Shown piece after piece: positions 9,939 to 19,960 of a stretch of 64,000 nucleotides of DNA (positions are counted from its first letter, which is position 1; every line of letters begins with the position of its first letter). The DNA is from Vulcanimicrobiaceae bacterium. Its GTDB lineage: Bacteria; Vulcanimicrobiota; Vulcanimicrobiia; Vulcanimicrobiales; Vulcanimicrobiaceae. The position numbers and the translations under genes were made by a program. The notes below the pieces were generated by a model. That model did not search any database. It had not been told where the DNA came from and saw only the letters and a program-made list of their open reading frames with translations. Location: contig JBHEMM010000002.1 of assembly GCA_046262595.1 (NCBI GenBank), forward strand, positions 28,404-92,403, in the 5' to 3' direction.

Positions 9939-11262
9939 ACCACACGGCGAACCGCACCCACGCCCAGACGTCCAGCCCGCTAATCAAATAAAAGCACGCT
10001 GCAGCGCCGAGCAATGAAAACAACGGCAGCAGCGGAGCGCGAAACGGACGGACCGCCTCCGGCGCGGCGAACCGCAGAATGAACACGCCCAAGCACACGA
10101 TGCCGAACGCGGAGAGCGTGCCGATGTTCACGAAATTGAGCAGATCGGTCAGCGGCAGACAGGCTGCGAGCACCGCAACGGCCGTTCCCGTTACGATCGT
10201 CATCGTGAACGGCGTTCGCGTGCGCGGATGAATCCGCGCCACGCCGGGCGGCAGCATGCGGTCGCGCGCCATCACGTAAAAAATACGAATCTGTCCCAAC
10301 AGCGAGGTGAGCATGACTGTGGTGTTGCCGGCGATGCCGCCCAATGCGACGATCCAATACACCAGCCGCGAACCGTGCGCGCCAGAAACCGCATCGAGCA
10401 TCGCCGCCCCCGCGGAAAGACGTTGAAACGGCACGGCGCCGGCCGTGACGTATGCGAGCGCAACGTAGAGGACGCCGCCCACAATGAGCGCGGCGATGAT
10501 GCCAATCGGCACGTCGCGTTTGGGATTGTGCGCTTCCTCCGACGCGACGGTCACCGTATCGAAGCCGATGTACGCATAGAACACGATGGCGGTGCCGGTG
10601 AGGATGCCATGCCATCCGTGCGCGGCGAACGGATGAGAATACGCTGGGTGAACCGCGCCGGCAAGCGCTGTCAAGAAAACGATCATCGTCAAAATTTGAA
10701 AGATGACCAGCGCGCCGTTTATGCTCGACGACTCGCGAATGCCGGCGGCAACCAGCAGCGTTATCGCAACCGTGACCAGCGCGGCCACGAGATCGAATTG
10801 CGGATGCGCGCCCCACGCATGACCGGTCCGCAGCAGCACCGGCAAATGTACCCCTGCGTCGGCGAGCAGATGCTGCAGATAATCCGACCACGACGACGCG
10901 GTCGGCGCAACCGATAAACCATACTCGAGGATCAAATCCCAGCCGATAATCCAGGCCGCCAATTCGCCGAGCGTCGCGTACGCATACGTATACGCGCTTC
11001 CCGCGACGGGAACCATGGACGCGAACTCCGCATAACAGAACGCCACGCACAAGCTCACCGCGCCGGAAAGCGCGTAGCTCAAGACAACGGCGGGGCCGGC
11101 GGCGTGCGCACCGGCGCCGATGGTCGGGAATATGCCCCCCAGCATCGTCCCCAGGCCGATCGCCGTGAGTGCCGGCCAGCCGAGCGCGCGCCGAAGCGCG
11201 GGCCCCTCGCCGGAGCCTTTCGTCCATGCAAGCGGCTGCCGCGCCGAAAGGCGCCGTACTAT
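9865..11262 (-). CDS. APC family amino acid permease
   Basis: AGPAVVLSY, CYAEFASMVPVAGSAYTY, AYIGFD motifs. The frame extends upstream through LRRALGWPALTAIGLG to an ATA overlapping the upstream TAG; the start is uncertain. Confidence 0.88.
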   Translation of the reverse strand: MVRRLSARQPLAWTKGSGEGPALRRALGWPALTAIGLGTMLGGIFPTIGAGAHAAGPAVVLSYALSGAVSLCVAFCYAEFASMVPVAGSAYTYAYATLGELAAWIIGWDLILEYGLSVAPTASSWSDYLQHLLADAGVHLPVLLRTGHAWGAHPQFDLVAALVTVAITLLVAAGIRESSSINGALVIFQILTMIVFLTALAGAVHPAYSHPFAAHGWHGILTGTAIVFYAYIGFDTVTVASEEAHNPKRDVPIGIIAALIVGGVLYVALAYVTAGAVPFQRLSAGAAMLDAVSGAHGSRLVYWIVALGGIAGNTTVMLTSLLGQIRIFYVMARDRMLPPGVARIHPRTRTPFTMTIVTGTAVAVLAACLPLTDLLNFVNIGTLSAFGIVCLGVFILRFAAPEAVRPFRAPLLPLFSLLGAAACFYLISGLDVWAWVRFAVWFTIGIAAYAAYGYRRSRLREAANG

Positions 11263-11714
11263 TTTTTGCAGAGCGAGTGAAGCGCCGTTTCGGCCTGCGG
11301 ATCCGCCTTGGCCGACGACGGGCGCACGTACATCGCGAAGAATTTGCCGTCACCGATCGTCGCGATCACGCCTTCAACAAAACGGTCTTTCGTCCGGCCG
11401 TTCGTTTTGCTCGTTCCGCGGCCCGAAAAATATTGCGCCGGCTGCTTGCCGCATAAGACGATATTAGATTGCTTCACGTCGCGCAAATTCGTCGTGCCGG
11501 GCTGCGCTTTTTCCGCGTCGTTCAGATTCATGTTCTTATCGCCGCGAATCACCATGAGGATCTGCTCGCCGCTCATCCACATTTGGAAACGGCCCATGAT
11601 ACCCGGCGTCGATTTCCAACCGTCCGGCGCTTTGAAAGCCGTACCGTCGGCTGGGCCGCCGCACGCCGCAAGCAGCGCAATGCAAAGAACGGTGAAAAGA
11701 ATACGCACTTTCAT
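11259..11714 (-). CDS. Hypothetical lipoprotein
   Basis: Lipobox ALLAAC; ATGA-coupled to the upstream gene. Confidence 0.7.
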   Translation of the reverse strand: MKVRILFTVLCIALLAACGGPADGTAFKAPDGWKSTPGIMGRFQMWMSGEQILMVIRGDKNMNLNDAEKAQPGTTNLRDVKQSNIVLCGKQPAQYFSGRGTSKTNGRTKDRFVEGVIATIGDGKFFAMYVRPSSAKADPQAETALHSLCKK

Positions 11715-12364
11715 GGCGCCTTCATTGGCCGTTCGTAGCCCGCAATCTTTGCCCAGCGATCGACAATGCGGTCGATGTACGTGCGTGTTTCAGGATACGG
11801 CGGCACGCCGTGGTAGGCGTCCACCGCACCGGGACCCGCATTGTACGCAGCAAGCGCCTCCACGAACGGCAGCGGATAGCGCGCGTAGATCCGCTCGTAC
11901 GACGAGAGCAGCTGGGCGGCGCCCGCGATAGCCTGATCCGGATCGAACGGGTCGACACCGGCCGCGTCAGCGGTTTCCGGTTCGAACTGCGCGATACCGA
12001 TGGCGCCCGCTGCGGAGAGCGCGCGGGGATCGTATGCCGATTCTTGCAAAAGTGTCGCTGCCAATAGTTCCGGCGGCATTCCGTACGCCCGTGCCGCACG
12101 AACGGTCGTTGCCGCCAGTACGAGCGCGTCCACGGGCCCGATCTGCGTATTCGTATGGAGAATCGCGCGGGTGATGGCGAGCGCCGGCCCGGTTACCGGC
12201 GGTCCGTCGCGCAACAGGCGCATGCCGGATACGGCAGGCACATAGGGGATGGGGTGCCAGCTTAATGCAACGCTCGCGAGAACGGGTAAGTACACCGTGG
12301 TATTCTCTGGTCGAACGGACGTTTGTCCGCACGACGCGCAACACAGCAAGAGGAAGCAAAGCAT
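11711..12364 (-). CDS. Lytic transglycosylase (SLT domain) protein
   Basis: QESAYDPRALSAAGAIGIAQF, ALAAYNAGPGAV, PPYPETRTY motifs. Start uncertain. Confidence 0.88.
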   Translation of the reverse strand: MLCFLLLCCASCGQTSVRPENTTVYLPVLASVALSWHPIPYVPAVSGMRLLRDGPPVTGPALAITRAILHTNTQIGPVDALVLAATTVRAARAYGMPPELLAATLLQESAYDPRALSAAGAIGIAQFEPETADAAGVDPFDPDQAIAGAAQLLSSYERIYARYPLPFVEALAAYNAGPGAVDAYHGVPPYPETRTYIDRIVDRWAKIAGYERPMKAP

Positions 12365-12366
12365 CG

Positions 12367-12891
12367 ATGCCTGTAGCCGCAGCGCTAATCGTCCTCATTC
12401 TTGGCGATTTCGGGTCCACTTTTTTTTATCACGTGCCGCAGCATCTTTGGTTCACCCTGCATCTACGGACGCACCACGACCGGCGGCGCCCGTATCTCGA
12501 CCACGCCGTAATATCCGCCAACCCAGCCGTTTTACTCGACGGTTTTCTCGGGGCGGTGCCCTACCTGCTCGTTGCCGCTCTCGTCTGGCGCCTCTCCTGG
12601 CCGGGCGCGCTCGCCGGCCTGGCCTTGGGTCAGCTGCACGTTTGGTGGCGCCATACGAGCGAGCTGGGCTGGAAGACGCCGGTCTGGGCCCGGAAGGTGC
12701 TCCGGCCGCTCGGCGTCGTGCTGCCCGAGGACCACGACGGTCACCACCGAAACCCCGGCGTCGAGTTCGGCGACATCTTCCGTTTTTACGATGCCCCCGC
12801 CCGGGCACTGCTCGGCACCTTGGCCCCCACCAGCCGCCGCGCTAAGAACGCCGGCGTCCGGCGATTCAAACGCGCCGGCGCCATGAGGTAA
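12367..12891 (+). CDS. Sterol desaturase / fatty acid hydroxylase-like membrane di-metal enzyme
   Basis: Four His boxes (YHVPQH, HLRTHH, HVWWRH, HDGHH) with hydrophobic segments. Confidence 0.7.
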   Translation: MPVAAALIVLILGDFGSTFFYHVPQHLWFTLHLRTHHDRRRPYLDHAVISANPAVLLDGFLGAVPYLLVAALVWRLSWPGALAGLALGQLHVWWRHTSELGWKTPVWARKVLRPLGVVLPEDHDGHHRNPGVEFGDIFRFYDAPARALLGTLAPTSRRAKNAGVRRFKRAGAMR

Positions 12892-12894
12892 CTT

Positions 12895-14085
12895 TTGACC
12901 AAGCGTGCGCTCTTTTTGATCTCCGACACGGGGGGCGGCCACCGCTCTGCTGCTGACGCGATCGTGGCGGCGCTCGACGAGATCCACGTTCCGAGCTCCT
13001 TCGAGCACCGGATCGACGACGTCGCGGCGCATTGCTCGTTTCCGCTCACCCAACTCGGCTGGGGCTACTCTACCGCGCTGCGTTATGCCCCGCCCGTCTA
13101 CGGCGCGCTCTATTACGCGACGAACGGCCGCCGGCGCTATAAAGCGTTGGTGCGCTTCTGCGAGCCGATGTATCGCGAGCGCCTGCGCGATTTGTTTTTG
13201 AATTACCGCCCGGACGTCATCGTGTCCGTCCACCCGCTGCTCAACCACGCCGCCCTGCGCGCACGCGCAGATGCAACGATGCAGCACGTTCCGATCATTA
13301 CCGTCATCACGGATTTAGGTAAAGTGCACGAGTCCTGGCTCACGCCCGAAGCGGACGCGGTGGTGGTGCCTGCGCGCGAAGTGTACGAACGGGCGCTCTC
13401 GCGCGGCGTGCTGCCTTCGCGTTTGCGCATGCTCGGGCAGCCGATTCACCCGAAGTTCGATGACGTCACGGGCAGCAAAGAACAGCTGCGCGAGCAACTC
13501 GGCTTACCGCGCAAAGCGTTCGTCACAATGCTCATGGCCGGCGGCGAAGGCGGCGGAAAGTTAATGCCGACGACGATCGCGCTTGCAAAGCGCAGTCTGC
13601 CGATGCATCTCGTGGTGGTGTGCGGCCGTAACGAAACATTGCAGGCAAAGCTCGAAGATCTTGCGCACTCGCTTCCCACGCCGATGACGGTGCTCGGCTT
13701 TACCGATAAGATCCCCGAACTCATGCGCGCGTCGGATCTTCTGGTCACGAAGGCCGGTCCGGGCACGCTTGCAGAGGCAAACGCCGCCCAGTTGCCCGTC
13801 GTCGTCTACGATTACGTTCCGGGTCAGGAACGCGGAAACGTCGACTTCGTGCGCAGCAACGGCATCGGCGAGGTTGCGCTCAACAGTACCGCCGAAGTCG
13901 CCCGCGCCGTCGAGCGCTTGGTGAAAAACGAATCGCGTGTCGCGCAGATGCGGCGCAACCAGGAACTGGTCGCCCCCAAACGCAGCTCGCGCCGCATTGC
14001 GGCGCTCATCGCTTCGATGGCGAACGATCGCGTGATTCCGAGCGACGATGAATATATGCCCATGCCCCAGGCCGCTTCGCTCTAA
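12895..14085 (+). CDS. MGDG synthase / UgtP-like diacylglycerol glycosyltransferase (GT28)
   Basis: SDTGGGHRSAA, VSVHP, TVITD, TKAGPGTLAEA, PGQERGN motifs. Confidence 0.88.
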   Translation: MTKRALFLISDTGGGHRSAADAIVAALDEIHVPSSFEHRIDDVAAHCSFPLTQLGWGYSTALRYAPPVYGALYYATNGRRRYKALVRFCEPMYRERLRDLFLNYRPDVIVSVHPLLNHAALRARADATMQHVPIITVITDLGKVHESWLTPEADAVVVPAREVYERALSRGVLPSRLRMLGQPIHPKFDDVTGSKEQLREQLGLPRKAFVTMLMAGGEGGGKLMPTTIALAKRSLPMHLVVVCGRNETLQAKLEDLAHSLPTPMTVLGFTDKIPELMRASDLLVTKAGPGTLAEANAAQLPVVVYDYVPGQERGNVDFVRSNGIGEVALNSTAEVARAVERLVKNESRVAQMRRNQELVAPKRSSRRIAALIASMANDRVIPSDDEYMPMPQAASL

Positions 14086-14162
14086 GCGCCGGCGGCGGAC
14101 AACTTTCCGCGCTTTAGCGGTGTTTTAGGGGCGCAGCACCTCAAGAGGCCGAAGAAGTTGTT

Positions 14163-14603
14163 ATGGATCTCACAAAAAACAGCCCCCGCAGCGTCGGCGA
14201 AAAGTCCTTCGGCATCGTGCAGTTGGCGCGCACCATCGACAAAGCGAACGCGACGGCGAACGGAACCGCCGGTGAATACGACTACGACTGCCGCATGGAC
14301 CGCAATCTTTTTGAATTTCTGGGGACGAGCGGATCGGCGTTTTTGGACGTGGTCAAAAACTCCGAGAACGAGTGGGACATCGAAGCGTACGTTCAGGGCC
14401 TGATCTCGAAGATCGCTCCGCGCGAACTCGAAGCGTTCAACCGGCACACGCTGCAGCAGATTCCGCGCGGCGAGTCATGGAATCAATTTGCGGAATTGCG
14501 CACGCGCATCGCGCCGGAACGCACGGACGTTTCGACGTGGCCGGATTTGCTCGACCTCGATGAAGGCCGCACCGTTCCCGTGCGCGTCGCCGCGAAGAAG
14601 TAA
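14163..14603 (+). CDS. DUF5069-like protein
   Basis: PRS..GIVQLARTIDKA..GEYDYDCRMD..FLG pattern and C-terminal LDLDEGR, recognised from recall. Confidence 0.65.
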   Translation: MDLTKNSPRSVGEKSFGIVQLARTIDKANATANGTAGEYDYDCRMDRNLFEFLGTSGSAFLDVVKNSENEWDIEAYVQGLISKIAPRELEAFNRHTLQQIPRGESWNQFAELRTRIAPERTDVSTWPDLLDLDEGRTVPVRVAAKK

Positions 14604-14612
14604 ACCGCCGCC

Positions 14613-15377
14613 TTACCTGCGTTTCACGAGCGCGCCGGAAACACGAAGCAGCGTCGCCCGTGGTGAGATACGCGGGCAGAACGCCGTCAGCTTATTCATG
14701 AAACCGGGGATGACCATGCGTTTACCGCGCATCATCCCTTCGATTCCGGCCTTTGCAACGGATGCCGCGTCGGCCGCCGACGCGCGAAACAGCGCCGCCG
14801 TCTGCATCTTCGCGCGTTCCGCGAACTGCGTTTTCGTCGCGCCCGGACACAGTACCGTGACGCTCGCGCCGGTCTTACGCGTCTCCTCCCACAATGCTTC
14901 CGAAAACGAAATGACGTAGGCCTTCGCGGCGTAATACACCGCCATGTTCGGTCCGGGCAAGAACCCGGCCGTTGAGGCGACGTTCAGAATTCTGCCGTCG
15001 CCCCGCGCCATCATCTGCGGAAGATACAAGCGGCACAGCCGCGTGAGCGTTACAACGTCGAGCTCCAGCTCTTCATCGACGAGAGCCGGATCGATCTGCG
15101 CAAACGTTCCGTTGTTCGCAAAGCCGGCATTGTTTACGAGGACGTCGCAGCGCGGCACTTGCGCAAACAGCGCGGCCGCCGATCCGTCCTTCGCGAGATC
15201 GAGCTCGACCGGCCGCGCGTCCACACCAAATTTCTCGCCGATCTGCGCCGCGAGCGCGTGCAACTTATCGAGCGAACGCGCGGCGAGTACGACGTCATAG
15301 CCGGCCTGAGCGAGCAGTTGCGCAAACTCCCGGCCGAGGCCGCCCGAAGCGCCGGTGACGATTGCTTTAGACGGCAT
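14613..15377 (-). CDS. Short-chain dehydrogenase/reductase
   Basis: TGASGGLG, LVNNAG, YYAAK, LCPGAT. Confidence 0.92.
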   Translation of the reverse strand: MPSKAIVTGASGGLGREFAQLLAQAGYDVVLAARSLDKLHALAAQIGEKFGVDARPVELDLAKDGSAAALFAQVPRCDVLVNNAGFANNGTFAQIDPALVDEELELDVVTLTRLCRLYLPQMMARGDGRILNVASTAGFLPGPNMAVYYAAKAYVISFSEALWEETRKTGASVTVLCPGATKTQFAERAKMQTAALFRASAADAASVAKAGIEGMMRGKRMVIPGFMNKLTAFCPRISPRATLLRVSGALVKRR

Positions 15378-16329
15378 TGCCTGTGGTCAATCCTCCGCGC
15401 AGCGCCATCAGCGCGGCGCCGATGTACCCCGCATCGTTGCCGAGTTTCGCAATTGCCAGCCGCGTCGTGCCGCGCGGCACCATGACGGTGAGTTCGTCCA
15501 TCCGCTCCTGCACCGCGTTCAGCATGAAGTCACCCGCCGTGCTGACCCCGCCGCCTAACGCGATCACTTCGGGATTCACGAAGGCGATCACGTTTGCAAG
15601 GCCCATCGCGAGATCCGCTGCAAAGTTTTTCCAAGCGGTGAGTGCATGCGCATCTCCGGCTTGTGCGGCGCGGCGAATCATCTTCGAGCCGAGTTTGTCG
15701 GGCGGTTTTGCGAGCAGCGTGCTTTTCGGAAAAGAAGCCGCCACCGCATAGGCATGGCGGATCAACCCCGTGCCGGACGCCTGCGCCTCAAAACAACCGA
15801 TCTTGCCGCAGCCGCAGATGAATCCGCCGTCCGGCCGGATTTGATGGTGCCCCATCTCGCCCGCGCCGGCGCGGTTGCCGATGAGCAGCTGTCCGCCCGA
15901 TACGATGCCGCCGCCGATGCCGGTGCCCAGCGTGAGCAGCGCAAAGTCTTTGGTGCCTTTTCCGGTGCCGAACGTGTATTCCCCGAGCGTTGCGCAGCGC
16001 GCGTCGTTGCCGACGAACACCGGCATCGCGAACGCCTTGCGCAAGCGCGCGCCCAGCGGTACGCCGTTCCATTCGAAGTTGGGCGAGTAAAGGACCGCGC
16101 CGCTTTTCGGCTCGATGTTTCCGGGCGATCCGACGCCGATGCCGATAAGGCTCTTGGGTTTCGCATCGCGCAGCGCGCCTTCGATGACGCCGGCGAGCGC
16201 GCTCATCACCGCCTCGAACGAGCGGTCGGTGATGTCCTGCTCGTGCTGTGCGAGGATCTTTCCGTTTTCTTGCACGACCGCCGCAGTCGTGTGCGAGCCG
16301 CCCAAATCGACGCCGATCGCCTGTTGCAT
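15367..16329 (-). CDS. ROK family sugar kinase (glucokinase-like)
   Basis: IGVDLGGS, NDARCA, TLGTGIGGG, GEMGH, CGCGKIGCFEA. Confidence 0.9.
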   Translation of the reverse strand: MQQAIGVDLGGSHTTAAVVQENGKILAQHEQDITDRSFEAVMSALAGVIEGALRDAKPKSLIGIGVGSPGNIEPKSGAVLYSPNFEWNGVPLGARLRKAFAMPVFVGNDARCATLGEYTFGTGKGTKDFALLTLGTGIGGGIVSGGQLLIGNRAGAGEMGHHQIRPDGGFICGCGKIGCFEAQASGTGLIRHAYAVAASFPKSTLLAKPPDKLGSKMIRRAAQAGDAHALTAWKNFAADLAMGLANVIAFVNPEVIALGGGVSTAGDFMLNAVQERMDELTVMVPRGTTRLAIAKLGNDAGYIGAALMALRGGLTTGNAV

Positions 16330-16369
16330 GCGGGCTTGTTCCGCGCGTGCGCCGAAGAACCTACGCGTC

Positions 16370-17047
16370 ATGGAAACCATCGATCTCATCAACTTACGCG
16401 CGTATTCGCGCGAAACCGGACAGCCCACGCACCCCGAAATGCTCGACGCGCGTCCCATCGAACGCGTGAAGAAAGTGGAGATCGACGAAGAGCATATCAC
16501 GATCACCTACAATCAAACGACGACGCGCTACTACAACGCGAACGAAGTCACGCAGCGCGAGTGGGAATATAAGTACAACGACGATGCGGAAATGGTTTCA
16601 GCAATCGCACGCGTCATCGACGTCGCGCGCAAGCACCACAAGGACTTGCCGGAAAACGTTGCGTGCCCGCCCGGATGCGCAGAGTGCTGCAGCGGGTACG
16701 AGCCCTTCGTCAGCCGCGAGGACGTACAGCGCATCGCGACACACCTCAATATGTCCGCGCGCGAGGTCATGGACGGGTACGTCGTCACCCGGAAATCGGC
16801 GGACGGATACTATGTCGGCTGGCTGCGCAAGGTTACCGATGATGTCGCCGACCAGTGCGTCTTCTTAAAAGAAGCCAAACCCGGTAAATTTTATTGCGGC
16901 ATCTACGAAGGCCGCCCCGGCGACTGCCGCGACTTTACGCCGATAGGCTGCCAAGACGTAAACGAAGAGCTGCCTCGCCGCGCCAACTTTAAAATCGGGG
17001 CGCCGTTCGAGCCGCGTCATCGCGGCAAAGGGACGCGCCGCCGCTAA
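16370..17047 (+). CDS. YkgJ-family cysteine-cluster protein with extra N-terminal domain
   Basis: CPPGCAECC, CVFL, CGIYEGRPGDCRDF motifs. Confidence 0.75.
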   Translation: METIDLINLRAYSRETGQPTHPEMLDARPIERVKKVEIDEEHITITYNQTTTRYYNANEVTQREWEYKYNDDAEMVSAIARVIDVARKHHKDLPENVACPPGCAECCSGYEPFVSREDVQRIATHLNMSAREVMDGYVVTRKSADGYYVGWLRKVTDDVADQCVFLKEAKPGKFYCGIYEGRPGDCRDFTPIGCQDVNEELPRRANFKIGAPFEPRHRGKGTRRR

Positions 17048-17062
17048 CTCCAAAACGCGGGC

Positions 17063-19939
17063 ATGCTGGCTAAAATATTCTGTGCTTTCAGCTTCGCTGC
17101 CGCGCTGACCGGTTTCGCTCTTCCGGCACAAGCCGCGGACGCGCTGCACTGGCGCAATATCGGCCCGTTCCGGGGCGGTCGCACCGTTTCGATCGCAGGC
17201 GTTCCGCGGCATCCCGGTGTCTTTTACATGGCACCAACGGACGGCGGTGTCTGGAAATCGACGGATTACGGGCGCACCTGGAACGCGGTTTTTGATGGTC
17301 AGGACACCGGATCGATCGGTGCGCTCGCGGTCGCGCCGGGCGATTCACGCATCGTGTATGCCGCGTCCGGCGAGGGCCTGCGCCGTCCGGATCTTTCGGT
17401 GGGCGATGGCATCTATAAATCGTCCGACGGCGGCGCAACATGGGCGCACCTGGGCCTGCGCGACGCGCAGCAGATCAACGGCCTCGCCGTCGATCCGCGC
17501 GATCCGAACCGCCTGTTCGCAGCCGTGATGGGTCATCCGTACGGCCCGAACGCGCAGCGTGGGCTCTTCCGCAGCACGGACGGCGGCGCGACGTGGTTAA
17601 AACTGTTGGGCAGCGACGACAACACGGGTGCTGCCGCCGTCGTCATCGACCCGAACGATCCCGATACGCTTTATGCAAGTCTTTGGGCGTCGCGGAATCC
17701 GCCGTGGCGCTTGGGCGACTCGCTTCAGCTCTATAACAAGGGCGGCATCTACAAATCCGTCGACGGCGGCACCACATGGAAGCAGTTGCACGGCGGCCTG
17801 CCCGGAAGCATGGGACGCGCCGGCATCAGCGTTGCAAAAAGCGATTCCAGCCGCATCTATGCTTGGGTGAACTGGGAAGGAAAATGCGGTATCTTCCGGT
17901 CGGATGACGCCGGCGCAACCTGGCATCAGCAAGACAGCGAAGACCGCGTGTGCGGACGCGGCGACGACTTCAGCGGAATCGCCGCCGATCCGACCGATGC
18001 AAACACCGTGTACGCGGCGAACACAACGACGTATCGATCCGTTGACGCCGGAAAAACCTGGACCGGCATCAAGGGCGCCCCCGGCGGCGACGATTACCAC
18101 ACGGTCTGGATCGATCCGCAAAATCACGATATTATCGCGCTCGCGTGCGATCAAGGCGCGACGATCTCCGTGAATCGCGGGCAGACGTGGAGCAGTTGGT
18201 ACAACCAGCCGACGGCGCAGTTTTATCACGTCGTCACCGACAACCGCTTTCCGTACCGGGTCTTCGGCGGTCAACAGGAAAGCGGCAGCGCCGAAGTCGC
18301 CAGCCGCAGTGACGACGGTTCGATTTGGATCCGTTACTGGCATCCGGTCGGTGCGCCGGAATACGCATACGTCGCGCCCGACCCGCTGCATCCGCAGATC
18401 GTTTTCGGTGCCGGAGCCGGCACGGTTTCGCGTTATGACGAGCGCACGATGCAGACGCAAACCGTCTCGCCGGCGTATGGCGGCCGGTTCTTCGTGGGAA
18501 AGCTCCGCTACGACCGCACGGACCCCCTGATCTTCAACTACGTGGACAAACGCACGCTTTATTTCGGTGCCAACGTGATCTTCGCGACCCGCGACGGAGG
18601 CGTGCATTGGAAGACGATTAGCGGCGACCTTACCCGGCAACATCCGGGCGTGCCTGAAAACCTGGGCGCCTTTGCAAAAACGCCGCTTGCGAAAGAAGAA
18701 CGCGGCGTGGTGTACAGCATCGCGCCCTCGTACGTCGACGCGGCGACGATTTGGGCGGGCACCGACGACGGACTCGTGTGGCTCACGCGCGACGCGGGCG
18801 CACATTGGCGCAACGTCACGCCGCCGGGACTGGGCGCCTGGAGCAAGGTCACGCAGATCGACTCATCGCACTTCGATAAAAATGCCGCGTATGTTTCGGT
18901 CAGCCGCTTGCGTCTGGACGATCTGCGTCCGTATATTTACCGCACCCACGACGGCGGAGCGCATTGGACGCGCATCACGGCCGGCTTGCCCGCCGATGCT
19001 CCGGTCAACACGGTGCGCGAGGACGACGTGCGGCGCGGGCTGCTTTTTGCGGGCACGGAGCGCACGGTGTATTTCTCGCGCGACGACGGCGCGTCGTGGG
19101 AATCGCTGCAGCGCGATCTGCCTTCAACCTCCATCCGCGATCTGGCCGTGCATGGAAACGATCTCGTCGCGGGTACGCACGGACGTTCGTTCTGGATTCT
19201 CGATGACATCGCACCGATGCGCGTTGCGGTGTCGCAATCCGTCACGTTGCTCAAACCTGCGGACGCCTACCGCGTGCGCCGCGACACGTGGACGGACACG
19301 CCGCTGCCCCCCGAAGAAGCGGCCGGCGAGAATCCGCCCGACGGTGCGATCCTCGATTACTATCTGCCGCGGAGCGTTGGATCGGCGCAGCTCGACATCA
19401 TCGACGCGTCGGGTAACGTGGTGCGGCGTTTCCGCAGCACTGACGTGCAGGCCGCCATCGATCCCGGGATTACGGTGCCGCGCTATTGGGTGCGGCGCGC
19501 GCAGCCGCTGCAGATCTCACGCGGCATGCACCGCTTCGTGTGGGATTATCGTTACAGCGAACCGCTCGCGCTCAATCGCGACTACCCGATCTCCGCGATA
19601 CCGCACGACACGCCGCTGAGCCCGCAGGGCGTCCTGGCGTTGCCCGGCACGTACACCGTGCGATTGACGGCCGGCGGGCATACCAGCTTGCAGCGGCTCG
19701 TCCTGCGAATGGATCCACGCGTGCAGGTGCCGGCACGCGCCTTACGGGCGCAGTTCCGTTTGGCGAGCCGGATTGTTTCGCTGATGAACCGAACGTCGCT
19801 CAAAGCCAAAAGCGACCGGCGTTTCGCCGTTCTCAACGGCCGCCTGGGCGCGCTCCTCGACGTGGTTGAAAGCGCCGACGCAGCACCCACGCCGGCTGCT
19901 GCAGCCGCCGTATTCGCCATCGACAGGCTCGTCCATTAA
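17063..19939 (+). CDS. Secreted VPS10/BNR (Asp-box) repeat glycosyl-hydrolase-like protein
   Basis: Signal peptide, WRNIGPFRGGR, many S/TxDGGxTW Asp-boxes, GTHGRSFWILDD. Confidence 0.85.
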   Translation: MLAKIFCAFSFAAALTGFALPAQAADALHWRNIGPFRGGRTVSIAGVPRHPGVFYMAPTDGGVWKSTDYGRTWNAVFDGQDTGSIGALAVAPGDSRIVYAASGEGLRRPDLSVGDGIYKSSDGGATWAHLGLRDAQQINGLAVDPRDPNRLFAAVMGHPYGPNAQRGLFRSTDGGATWLKLLGSDDNTGAAAVVIDPNDPDTLYASLWASRNPPWRLGDSLQLYNKGGIYKSVDGGTTWKQLHGGLPGSMGRAGISVAKSDSSRIYAWVNWEGKCGIFRSDDAGATWHQQDSEDRVCGRGDDFSGIAADPTDANTVYAANTTTYRSVDAGKTWTGIKGAPGGDDYHTVWIDPQNHDIIALACDQGATISVNRGQTWSSWYNQPTAQFYHVVTDNRFPYRVFGGQQESGSAEVASRSDDGSIWIRYWHPVGAPEYAYVAPDPLHPQIVFGAGAGTVSRYDERTMQTQTVSPAYGGRFFVGKLRYDRTDPLIFNYVDKRTLYFGANVIFATRDGGVHWKTISGDLTRQHPGVPENLGAFAKTPLAKEERGVVYSIAPSYVDAATIWAGTDDGLVWLTRDAGAHWRNVTPPGLGAWSKVTQIDSSHFDKNAAYVSVSRLRLDDLRPYIYRTHDGGAHWTRITAGLPADAPVNTVREDDVRRGLLFAGTERTVYFSRDDGASWESLQRDLPSTSIRDLAVHGNDLVAGTHGRSFWILDDIAPMRVAVSQSVTLLKPADAYRVRRDTWTDTPLPPEEAAGENPPDGAILDYYLPRSVGSAQLDIIDASGNVVRRFRSTDVQAAIDPGITVPRYWVRRAQPLQISRGMHRFVWDYRYSEPLALNRDYPISAIPHDTPLSPQGVLALPGTYTVRLTAGGHTSLQRLVLRMDPRVQVPARALRAQFRLASRIVSLMNRTSLKAKSDRRFAVLNGRLGALLDVVESADAAPTPAAAAAVFAIDRLVH

Positions 19940-19960
19940 CCGTCTTTATGAAAGGATCAT

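Noticed and set aside
17063..19939. Recurrent GACGGCGGC-type motifs as a DNA repeat family
   Set aside because: Explained by Asp-box (SxDGGxTW) protein repeats.
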